DNA of 64,000 bases from an uncultured virus (IMG/VR IMGVR_UViG_3300025133_000075) (Duplodnaviria; Heunggongvirae; Uroviricota; Caudoviricetes). Shown one piece after another: positions 53,255-61,541 of this stretch. The translations under genes were made by a program, and so were the position numbers. Under the pieces are notes generated by a model, which did no database searches, was not told where the DNA came from, and saw only the letters and a list, made by a program, of their open reading frames with translations. The stretch is taken from IMG/VR virus record IMGVR_UViG_3300025133_000075; one strand, written 5' to 3'. Position 1 is the first letter of the stretch. Every line of letters begins with the position of its first letter.

Positions 53255-53956
53255 TTAACTTGATGAACTAGAGCTAGAGCTAGACTGAGAACTTGAAGAC
53301 GAACTGGACTGAGAACTTGAAGACGAGCTTGAACTCGATTGCGACGAACTGGACGATGAAGACGAACTGGACTGAGAACTGGATGATGAACTTGAACTTT
53401 CATCATCATCGTGCCTTCCGAGTACAACGATCCTCAGATCAACATCCCCGCCATTCGCTGTGAGCTTGATCCGATGAGAAGAGGCATCTGTGACATCAAA
53501 CCCAACTGTGTCAGAATTCATCTTGATCAAGATTCCACCTGGATCCAAAGCCCCGCCCAGAGCCACCGTATGGGAACCCATTGGAGCCCAACCATTGGAA
53601 GCGTCAGGTTCAATCTCTAACTTGCCTCCAGTTTCAGCTGAAACATTGTAGATCAAAATCGTCATGATCTCTTCGATGACGATCGCCTGACCCACAGCAT
53701 CATTACCTGCTCCAGCTCCCGCATCGATGCCCCCGAAATCGTACAGATCGAGCGTCAACGTACCGGCAGACACGATCGTAGCCGAGTAGTCGATACCTCG
53801 ATTGGCTTGATCTTCGCTGACCCCATCAGACAGATCCGGATCCAACGAAAAACTAAGTGCAGCAGTTGCCGCAATTGTCGTATTCGAGGACAAGATATTT
53901 TTGATCGTTGCCGAGACTTCAAACCGAGTGGTGATATTTTCAAGTGATCGTGTCAT
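53255..53956 (-). CDS. putative virion protein with a C-terminal poly-Ser tail
   Basis: Beta-rich body, then ~47 residues of Ser punctuated by four Gln. Confidence 0.75.
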   Translation of the reverse strand: MTRSLENITTRFEVSATIKNILSSNTTIAATAALSFSLDPDLSDGVSEDQANRGIDYSATIVSAGTLTLDLYDFGGIDAGAGAGNDAVGQAIVIEEIMTILIYNVSAETGGKLEIEPDASNGWAPMGSHTVALGGALDPGGILIKMNSDTVGFDVTDASSHRIKLTANGGDVDLRIVVLGRHDDDESSSSSSSSQSSSSSSSSSSQSSSSSSSSSQSSSSSSSQSSSSSSSSS

Positions 53957-54450
53957 TATGGCACCATTGCTGGGATGTCAGTTCTGATTGTATATTCGAC
54001 GACCCATTGATATTCAGTGTCACCAGTTCGAATCCCTTTAGAGTTTTGGAATTGCAAATTAGTAACACCCCCATGGGTAAGTTTCAACTTGGCAGGTCTC
54101 TCTTCAGGATGCCCGCCATACTTTCTCATGATCTCTTCAGCAAGGTCAGAAGCAATCGCTTTTCCAGTCTCTGTGTCCGTGTCTTTTGCATGGATATTGA
54201 AAGCAAGGGGAATTTCCCCGTACTCTCTGATCTGGTAAGCTGCTTTTCCAGACGATCTGGACACCACTGGGAAACTGGCACAATCAAAAACACAATAAGG
54301 CCATGGTTGATTTGCATCAGCTTCTGTGTCTGTCAATGTCAGATACTCATCCCGGTCACCAGGTGCCCAACGGTCCATGAAGAAATCTCCAACTTCGTAG
54401 AAATCCCAAACGGCAACGATGGATCTGTGAATGTCTCTGAGTCCGATCAC
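53956..54450 (-). CDS. putative tail terminator/completion protein
   Basis: Position; PWPYCVF motif. Confidence 0.6.
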   Translation of the reverse strand: MIGLRDIHRSIVAVWDFYEVGDFFMDRWAPGDRDEYLTLTDTEADANQPWPYCVFDCASFPVVSRSSGKAAYQIREYGEIPLAFNIHAKDTDTETGKAIASDLAEEIMRKYGGHPEERPAKLKLTHGGVTNLQFQNSKGIRTGDTEYQWVVEYTIRTDIPAMVP

Positions 54451-54914
54451 TGAGACGCCCCTCCGGCAATGATCCTAGTGAGCTTCTGCCGTTCTTCATG
54501 AAACGTCCGTCTAAGGTACGAACGATTCAATTTGGCACTCAGCTCCAGACGAACCCCATACTCCAATGGAGTCCCAATCCAACCGTCGATTATATTGTCG
54601 GAAATTGTATCCACACCTTGGTTGATCGTCTTCATCAGCAGTGTGGTATCAGCTCGTGGGAACTCTCCCGGCTTGGATCGCTCTGTGACGATCGTGCCTC
54701 TGGCCCCTTGAACCTTGGCCACCGGAACACTGATGTTCTGTACAACTTTATCCTTGAACCAATGAGTGGCGATCAGCATCCGGCGATACATCGACATATT
54801 GGCATTGTCAACAACCCGCTGGATGAACCACTCATCCCGAGCTGAAGCTTCTGGAGCACTTGCTGACCTCCTGGCTTGAGCTGCTTCGGTTGCTGCTGAC
54901 ATATTAACCCCCAA
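54447..54914 (-). CDS. HK97 gp10-like neck protein
   Basis: SKPGEFPRADT..L..TI, IGTPLEYG..LE, RSYLR. Confidence 0.75.
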   Translation of the reverse strand: MGVNMSAATEAAQARRSASAPEASARDEWFIQRVVDNANMSMYRRMLIATHWFKDKVVQNISVPVAKVQGARGTIVTERSKPGEFPRADTTLLMKTINQGVDTISDNIIDGWIGTPLEYGVRLELSAKLNRSYLRRTFHEERQKLTRIIAGGASQ

Positions 54915-55494
54915 GACGACTCAGATGATCTTTCCACTCTTCGTACTCATCTTCATACCGTGGCTGAGAATTCTGAATGGTACTCCCTGGATTCAAGAGA
55001 TACCGACCAGGCATGTTATCAATATCTTTGATCTTTGGCATAGCCCCTCTGATGAGAGTGCCTTCACCGGCTTCCATGATCCCATGAAGCTCCCGGCACA
55101 GTGTCTTCATTGAATGCTCATCAAGAGACAGCTTCTGCGTGTCCACCCCTTTGATTGATTCTGATTGAAAACCAGTGTTCTGTTTGAGGAACGAAAGCAA
55201 CCGACTTTTCAGCCGCTCATCTTTGTCCAACTGGTCTTCGACGATCACAAGACATTCTTCCGGCAACACTTTGATCAGCATGCCAGGAACTCGTGGCAGT
55301 GAAGCCAAGGATCGAGACTGATCTGCTGGGACCAACGCATCGCCAGAACCCTGGTCGATCACAGGACGAGTGCCTTCGATCGCACTTCTCAGCCGAAGAC
55401 CTGGGATGTTCTGAATGAGCAAATCGCAATTTCGCGGATGGTCTGCTTCCATCGTGAAAGAGGAAATCATTGTGTGTTCTGCTGTTTCTGCCAT
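54904..55494 (-). CDS. hypothetical head-region protein
   Basis: ORF track; follows the capsid gene. Confidence 0.7.
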   Translation of the reverse strand: MAETAEHTMISSFTMEADHPRNCDLLIQNIPGLRLRSAIEGTRPVIDQGSGDALVPADQSRSLASLPRVPGMLIKVLPEECLVIVEDQLDKDERLKSRLLSFLKQNTGFQSESIKGVDTQKLSLDEHSMKTLCRELHGIMEAGEGTLIRGAMPKIKDIDNMPGRYLLNPGSTIQNSQPRYEDEYEEWKDHLSRLGG

Positions 55495-55542
55495 TGTTTC
55501 AATTCCTGTTCTTGTGAAATAGTTGCTGTTCGTTCTGTTCTG

Positions 55543-55582
55543 AAAAGATGCCCGTTCCGGCGAACAGAAAACCGGAACGGGC
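55543..55582 (-). terminator. intrinsic terminator after the major capsid gene
   Basis: 11 bp stem GCCCGTTCCGG/CCGGAACGGGC followed by ATCTTTTC. Confidence 0.75.
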
Positions 55583-55611
55583 GAGTACCGCGATACTTAA
55601 CCGCACGTCCC

Positions 55612-57261
55612 CTATACAGGGGCTGTAGTAGTTCGAGCACAAACTGCCCCACGTTCCAGCTGACCGCCATAGCGAGCCATTGCAACGATAAGCATCTCAT
55701 TTGCCCGGATGAGCGTATCACCTTCAGTGGAGGTCCGCATGGTCAGACCACGTCGTCTGTACATGCGGTATCGAGCCAGGATCACATAAGCGATCTGAGC
55801 ATTCGTCAGACTCTCATTGATCTTGTAAGGCCGCTGCATCCAACTGTAGTCGTCATAGGTCATTCCACCCAAACGACGAGCGTCAGAGGCTCCCACGGGG
55901 ATAGCACGAGCACGCTGGTAGCTGGTCTCTGTACCAATCCACACAGCACTACTCTTGACAGAAGCACGATGCTCTGCCTTGGCAACACCGAATCGAGTAG
56001 ATTCGTAGTTACCGAGAGAAGTAGCTCCACCCCAAGCAACAGAAGTTGCTCCGGTCTTGTTCATCACACCTTCTGGCTGAGTCGTGCCGTTACCGACAGC
56101 GATCACATCATCCAGATCTTCCATCAGACGTTCACCATACTGAGAGGTGATGTGCTGGCCGAAATCGATCGGTGTATCAGACAAGAAGTCCAAACCAATG
56201 CGAATGGCACCTTCCCAGCGGAAGATGGTGGTATCGAACGCTGACACATACGATGCTGTGTTGAACAGACTGATGGCAGAGTCATCGACACCACCCCAGC
56301 TCGCTGACACAGTACCAGTGGCCACACCTTCAACACGTCGACCACGATCAAGCGGCTGGGTGCTGACGAGCGGGTACAGCTCACCATGGAGCAGAGGAGT
56401 CTGAATCACCTGATCGTCGAATACGATCGGTGCGGCTTCCAGTCCACCAGAAGTAGCGTCGTCGATCAGAGCCTTCTGCTCTGAAGGAGACAACTTGCGA
56501 TCTTTGATGTCGGCTGAGTCGCCACCATCAGAAGCACCGCCCCACTTCTCGTTTTCCATGGCATAACAAAGGAGTTCTTTGCTGTGCTGTGTCAGCTGGT
56601 CGAATGCCAGTCGACGACTTTTCATTCGAGATCGATTGATCTCAAACTGAGCGAACGCACCGGCAACAGCCTTGTCGCGATCGGAAGAGTCATCAAGAGC
56701 CCGACCCGTGGCTTCGTCACGCACTCGACGACCGGCCTGAGGATGAGCAAAACCTTTTTCCGTCATTTCAGGATAGTGAAGAGCTGACTTCGTGGAGTCG
56801 TAAGAGTCGGCAGCTTCCTTGACTCGAACAGTGAAACTCTTTTCGCCGTCTTCGTCTTCGGAAATGTGAGCACCAACAGAAACGATCATCTTCTGCAGTC
56901 GAGAGGGTTTCATTGATTTATCTCCAGAAGGCTCAGTGGATTTGCCTTCTTCCACATCGGCTTCTTCTGTGCTGTCGTCAGCATCAGTTTCATCGTCAGC
57001 TTCTTCGTCTTCTTCAGAGGCATCTTCTTCAGATGCGTTCTTCAGATCAACGACAGCGTCTTTCAGATCGACCAGAAGGTCTTTGAAAGCAGAAGCTTCT
57101 TCGTCTTCGTCTTCTTCGGACAGGCTCTTCAGCTTGTCTGGAGTCAGGTCACCAGCCACCAACGCTTTCGCGGCGGCTGCCTTGAACTCGTCATCAGTGG
57201 CGTCGACATCGACATCACATTCTTTGACCAGCCAAGACTTAAAATTGCGTGTGAGATTCAT
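55612..57261 (-). CDS. major capsid protein (HK97 fold) with a long acidic N-terminal scaffold
   Basis: KAL....SGG...P, GNGTTQPEGV, ARYGGQ; downstream of the prohead protease. Confidence 0.88.
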   Translation of the reverse strand: MNLTRNFKSWLVKECDVDVDATDDEFKAAAAKALVAGDLTPDKLKSLSEEDEDEEASAFKDLLVDLKDAVVDLKNASEEDASEEDEEADDETDADDSTEEADVEEGKSTEPSGDKSMKPSRLQKMIVSVGAHISEDEDGEKSFTVRVKEAADSYDSTKSALHYPEMTEKGFAHPQAGRRVRDEATGRALDDSSDRDKAVAGAFAQFEINRSRMKSRRLAFDQLTQHSKELLCYAMENEKWGGASDGGDSADIKDRKLSPSEQKALIDDATSGGLEAAPIVFDDQVIQTPLLHGELYPLVSTQPLDRGRRVEGVATGTVSASWGGVDDSAISLFNTASYVSAFDTTIFRWEGAIRIGLDFLSDTPIDFGQHITSQYGERLMEDLDDVIAVGNGTTQPEGVMNKTGATSVAWGGATSLGNYESTRFGVAKAEHRASVKSSAVWIGTETSYQRARAIPVGASDARRLGGMTYDDYSWMQRPYKINESLTNAQIAYVILARYRMYRRRGLTMRTSTEGDTLIRANEMLIVAMARYGGQLERGAVCARTTTAPV

Positions 57262-57327
57262 CGTATCACTTTCGTTCTCAACACCCTAAAAACCACGCTC
57301 GCGACCGCCGCTTGCAGTGGTGTGTTT

Positions 57328-58827
57328 CTACTCGATGATAGAAGTGACTGCTTTTTTGTAAAGAGCAGTTGTCTTCTTCATGTCTCGAATGTTCTTCATT
57401 GCCTCCAGCACTGTCAGCATCTGATCCAGATCAGCAGCATCGGCTTTCGTCAAGAAAGTCTCAGCAGCCTTTGCAATAAGCTCTGGCTCAGAAATTTCAA
57501 CTTCAGTACCTTTGCCATCATCTTCATAACCGGCAGACTTCACTACTGATTGAACAGTCTTGAAGCACTTGTCACACAAAGCTTTGCCAGATCGAGTGCT
57601 GACGTGATCTTTGTGCAACTCCTCCATGTCCTTGGTCACATCCAGCAGCTTGTTGTAATTTGATTTGCTGAGGACTCGACCGGCTTTCTCTCCATCAAAG
57701 CTCTTGTCTTCTTTTTTGTCATCCTTGCCATCGTCGTTGCCCTGTGGCTTTTCTTTTGGCATCTTTTCACCACACTTGGTGCAGACCCCATCAACCACTT
57801 TGCCTTTACACTTCGGACAAATCATTTCCGATTCTTTGGCATCGTCTTCTTCTCCGTGTCCGTCTCCGACGCCTTTGTCGGCATCGTCATCGGTTTTTTC
57901 TGATGCACAGGGACAGGTTCCTGGAGTTTTTCCAAGAGGGCATTTTGTTGAGCTTGACTTGGTTTCATCTTCTGTCTCTTTCACATTGAGTGTGATGTTG
58001 AGGTCCAGCCCACCCGCTGAGACAGTAGACTTCCGATCGGCTCTCAACTTCTTACCAAAGGACTTCATCATCGAACTCGACAACTTGTCGGATTCGATGA
58101 GATCCAGGTAGACTTCAACAACTTCTGAATCAGGATTGGCAGGAACACTGACCCCTGATTCTTCCATGATTTCAAATGACTTGATATCGAAACCACCAGG
58201 CTTGGTAGTCTTGCCTTCGTCCTGTTTGATCGCTTCGAATTCAAGAGCTTTGAATCCATGCGAAAATCGAAGCATGTCATTGTCAACCATCACTGCCGCA
58301 TCATGCGACAACTCATTGAGGTCGATGATCGCTGTGTACATGTCGAGGTATTTGCTGGTGTGCTCAGCAACACCTAACGCTTTACCGATCGGCAGTGTGT
58401 GAACGTGCTGCCAAAGCAGAAGCATTTTGGGGTCAGGTCGAGCCCCCTGTGTTCTGAGGATATCTCCATCTCTGTCTTTTCGAGGAGTCGTCAATCGATT
58501 CCGAAACACCATCAAAGTGTTCTTCGGCAACTCGATCGAAGTGTCTCCCATTGAATTATGGAGCGTCCGATTCTTGCATTCCCCATACTTGTCCTGAACT
58601 TCCATTTCAGGATTGGAATAAGTGAGGACACCGCTGGCTCGCTTCACGGCATCATGGAACGATACATTCTTCACCGAAGCGTATCGATTGCACAAATCCG
58701 AGCCTACGCACTGTTGCAGGTTCTTTGCGTAAGCATCGCCTGTAGAAATGCCGTAATTGAATTCCGTTTTCTTTTCTTGACGAGTTCGGATCGATCCGAG
58801 CAGCTCGTCATTTGAAGTCTGCGGCAT
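57328..58827 (-). CDS. HK97-type prohead protease with a C-terminal extension
   Basis: DRDGDI, LLWQH..LPIGK, FSHGF, EESGVSVPAN, KAGRVLS. Confidence 0.88.
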   Translation of the reverse strand: MPQTSNDELLGSIRTRQEKKTEFNYGISTGDAYAKNLQQCVGSDLCNRYASVKNVSFHDAVKRASGVLTYSNPEMEVQDKYGECKNRTLHNSMGDTSIELPKNTLMVFRNRLTTPRKDRDGDILRTQGARPDPKMLLLWQHVHTLPIGKALGVAEHTSKYLDMYTAIIDLNELSHDAAVMVDNDMLRFSHGFKALEFEAIKQDEGKTTKPGGFDIKSFEIMEESGVSVPANPDSEVVEVYLDLIESDKLSSSMMKSFGKKLRADRKSTVSAGGLDLNITLNVKETEDETKSSSTKCPLGKTPGTCPCASEKTDDDADKGVGDGHGEEDDAKESEMICPKCKGKVVDGVCTKCGEKMPKEKPQGNDDGKDDKKEDKSFDGEKAGRVLSKSNYNKLLDVTKDMEELHKDHVSTRSGKALCDKCFKTVQSVVKSAGYEDDGKGTEVEISEPELIAKAAETFLTKADAADLDQMLTVLEAMKNIRDMKKTTALYKKAVTSIIE

Positions 58828-59114
58828 TATATGTCTCTCCCTGCAAAGTAATGTACGTTCAAGACCGCATCCGCACCACCAGATCGAATGAACTTGATGG
58901 CTTTCAGATCTGCGATCAAAAACGATTTTGGTTCAGAGGTAGTGAGCAGAACCATGCCCGCTGTGACAGTTGGAGCTGTTCCATCCATCGTGTACCGGAT
59001 GTTCTGCGTGTCTGCCTGCAACTCGCAATGAGTAGCATTCGCAGGGGGAGCCAAATCAGATACAGTCTTGACTACAGTGGATATGGCTTCTTGTTCGTAC
59101 AGAAGGTATGGCAT
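58827..59114 (-). CDS. putative head decoration-like small beta protein
   Basis: IRYTMDGTAPT...G pattern. Confidence 0.55.
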   Translation of the reverse strand: MPYLLYEQEAISTVVKTVSDLAPPANATHCELQADTQNIRYTMDGTAPTVTAGMVLLTTSEPKSFLIADLKAIKFIRSGGADAVLNVHYFAGRDI

Positions 59115-59491
59115 CAGTCAGCTTCCCGAATTACTTGCTTCCGGAACTTATCAGAAACTCGCCCCTCCAGAACCGCCAACAGCTGCTTCACATAGTTGGC
59201 ATCTTCATGCCCACCATCTTCAATCGAATCCAACCAGAGCTGGATATCATGAATGTGTGGAAGCGTCTGTGCGGCGTCAGAAGGTACCTTCAGAGCCCCT
59301 TTGGCCTTGCCCTTGACTCTCTGAGCCACTTCTCTAATGAGTCGATACAGCGGCTGGATCTTATCCTGACCGCCATTGAAACAAAGACAATTGAGAGCGT
59401 CTTGGTTCACATGCACAGTCCGAGGAGATCCCAACTCTTGTGAAGCTGGATCCTCGCTCGGTGCTGTGACTGGTCTCTTTCTTGTCGCCAT
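59114..59491 (-). CDS. hypothetical protein
   Basis: ORF track. Confidence 0.65.
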   Translation of the reverse strand: MATRKRPVTAPSEDPASQELGSPRTVHVNQDALNCLCFNGGQDKIQPLYRLIREVAQRVKGKAKGALKVPSDAAQTLPHIHDIQLWLDSIEDGGHEDANYVKQLLAVLEGRVSDKFRKQVIREAD

Positions 59492-59540
59492 AATTCCGAT
59501 TTCTGTCTAAAGGACCAAGAGCTTACGAGCTGCTGGACGA

Positions 59541-59915
59541 CTATGAAGAACTGCTTGAGCTGGACTGTGAACTTGAGGAGCTAGAGCTGCTTGAGCTTGA
59601 GCTTGACAGGTCTTCCATCGACAGAACTCGGAAGAGTCCGTCGTCAGCTACAGGTCCGTTGTACTGCAATTCCCCTGTGTGGAAATTCAAAACCTTGAGA
59701 GGTGGCGTCTCACCAGAACTCAGCACATCAGCAAGAGTAGCCTGCCAAATCGTAGAGCTTGGGAGATTGACTGACACGTTTTCGTTCGCACCAGCATCTG
59801 CATTGTGCTGAGCAGAAGGAGCTGAATCATCGCCAGCTCGATGAAACCGCGTAATGACCAGTGTTCGCGATGCCAATCCGGAAACAGGCCCCAGGTAAAA
59901 ATTGACTCGTTTCAT
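59541..59915 (-). CDS. putative virion protein with a C-terminal poly-Ser tail
   Basis: Ends in ~20 residues of Ser with one Gln. Confidence 0.7.
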   Translation of the reverse strand: MKRVNFYLGPVSGLASRTLVITRFHRAGDDSAPSAQHNADAGANENVSVNLPSSTIWQATLADVLSSGETPPLKVLNFHTGELQYNGPVADDGLFRVLSMEDLSSSSSSSSSSSSSQSSSSSSS

Positions 59916-59935
59916 GACTCACACTTTCTTAACAG

Positions 59936-59983
59936 AAAAAGCCTCTGACGGCTGAAATGGTTACAGATCAGGAGTCGAGGCTT
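59936..59983 (-). terminator. possible intrinsic terminator
   Basis: AAGCCTC...GAGGCTTTTT with an imperfect inner stem. Confidence 0.45.
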
Positions 59984-60053
59984 GTGAGCTTAGACGATTC
60001 AAATTGTGACTATCGAAGAACGGTATTGGGTGCTACCAAAACAGACAAGAGCA

Positions 60054-60284
60054 TTACCTGTTTTTATTTGGATTTTTCGGTTTTTCAATCTCATCCAAAT
60101 AGCAGCGAACATGAAGCACTCGACGATTGTTTCCGTGTACTTCGAGCCTCACAGTAAAATCCCTACCAGCTGTCATGTTCTCGCAAAACCGATCTTGGAA
60201 TTTCCTGAGTCCTGTTAGCATCTGCCCTAAAGACTCATCATCATTTTCCAACACCTTCTGCAACGTGTTTATTTGTTGGTTCAT
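60054..60284 (-). CDS. hypothetical protein
   Basis: Start reassigned to the ATGA overlap. Confidence 0.6.
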   Translation of the reverse strand: MNQQINTLQKVLENDDESLGQMLTGLRKFQDRFCENMTAGRDFTVRLEVHGNNRRVLHVRCYLDEIEKPKNPNKNR

Positions 60285-60721
60285 GAAACTCTCCAAGGCA
60301 CTCGGAGAACCATCACATCTTCCCCAGCCCACCGTTGAATTCCATCCAGGATCGTTCGGATCTCTGTCGGATCGTCTGTTTTCAATGCCACTTCCAGCAG
60401 ATCAGTGGAGCACAAAGGGACTCTGGAACAACTCAATTTCACTTCGTTAGGATGAGCTGACAGCACAAGAAAATCAATACCAGCTACCAGCATCGGCGGC
60501 TTCGTTCTGCTTCTTTTGATGATCTCCACTTCAGCACAATTGACAATCAAAGTATTGACGTGCTCTCTGGTGTAATCATCAACACCTCTCAACACTTTCT
60601 TTCTCTGATCTGCTTTCAAATCGACTGACACCCTGGCCACCATTCGGTCCCCTGGATAATACTTTGTCTGTGTCGATTCTATGTCTGAGAGTAACGGCAC
60701 GGCTCTGTTCATGACTGCCAT
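60281..60721 (-). CDS. hypothetical protein
   Basis: ORF track. Confidence 0.65.
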   Translation of the reverse strand: MAVMNRAVPLLSDIESTQTKYYPGDRMVARVSVDLKADQRKKVLRGVDDYTREHVNTLIVNCAEVEIIKRSRTKPPMLVAGIDFLVLSAHPNEVKLSCSRVPLCSTDLLEVALKTDDPTEIRTILDGIQRWAGEDVMVLRVPWRVS

Positions 60722-61017
60722 TCTATTTTAGGTTTCTTTTGATTCCGAAGCTCCGCATTGATTTCAAGCGTCCATTCTGCGAACTCTTTCAATGCCTGTT
60801 CTTCTTCCTGCGAGCTTCGAAGATCCCCTGTTCGATGACGCACCACCATGGTTCGCCACAAGATCATCGCACTGTCCAACTCTACTGGTATTGGAATCTC
60901 TGTGTGCCGAACCCTTTCATGTAGACCGGCGACATCCAGAAAACGATCCTGAACTGCCTCACTCAATCCAATGGTATCTTGACTGGATGGGTAAAGGACA
61001 TTCTTATGCAGTTCCAT
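60709..61017 (-). CDS. hypothetical protein
   Basis: Start reassigned by RBS. Confidence 0.6.
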   Translation of the reverse strand: MELHKNVLYPSSQDTIGLSEAVQDRFLDVAGLHERVRHTEIPIPVELDSAMILWRTMVVRHRTGDLRSSQEEEQALKEFAEWTLEINAELRNQKKPKIEWQS

Positions 61018-61534
61018 CTGTTTCTTCTCCCTGTTCTTCATTGTGGACCACAACATCAGGAAGCATAGCCCCAACCGTAGCTGGTGACAAACCTATAAAC
61101 GCATTTGTATAGGTCTCAAACACAGCCTCCATCATCCATTCCCATTCTTCATCTTTAACATCGTCCTCTCCCGCAATTTCAGCGACCTTTGCGACAGCAT
61201 CAAACAGCATCAAACAGCAGTGCTCCATGATCTTGGTTGAATCTGTTTCTGATGATCCCAGGAACTTGGCACAGTAGTCATCAATGACGCCCGGCTGATT
61301 CCACCTATAAGCAGCTCGATAATCTTTATGCTCTCCGAGGAGAATTTTAGCCAATCGCTTGCAGAGCTTTTTATAATCATCTGGAGTGTCTATAAACTGC
61401 GATACGTAATATCGAAGCAGATTCTTTACTGTGTGGACATCCCCCAGGTACACAGGGTCTTTCGACTCCTTTAATGCACTGCGAAAAGGTTTATCTAAAC
61501 CAACGTCTCTGAATGTGCTCTCTTCTGTCATCAT
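61004..61534 (-). CDS. hypothetical acidic protein, possible partner or immunity for the upstream effector
   Basis: 7 nt downstream of the kinase-ART gene. Confidence 0.6.
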   Translation of the reverse strand: MMTEESTFRDVGLDKPFRSALKESKDPVYLGDVHTVKNLLRYYVSQFIDTPDDYKKLCKRLAKILLGEHKDYRAAYRWNQPGVIDDYCAKFLGSSETDSTKIMEHCCLMLFDAVAKVAEIAGEDDVKDEEWEWMMEAVFETYTNAFIGLSPATVGAMLPDVVVHNEEQGEETDGTA

Positions 61535-61541
61535 TTAATTT

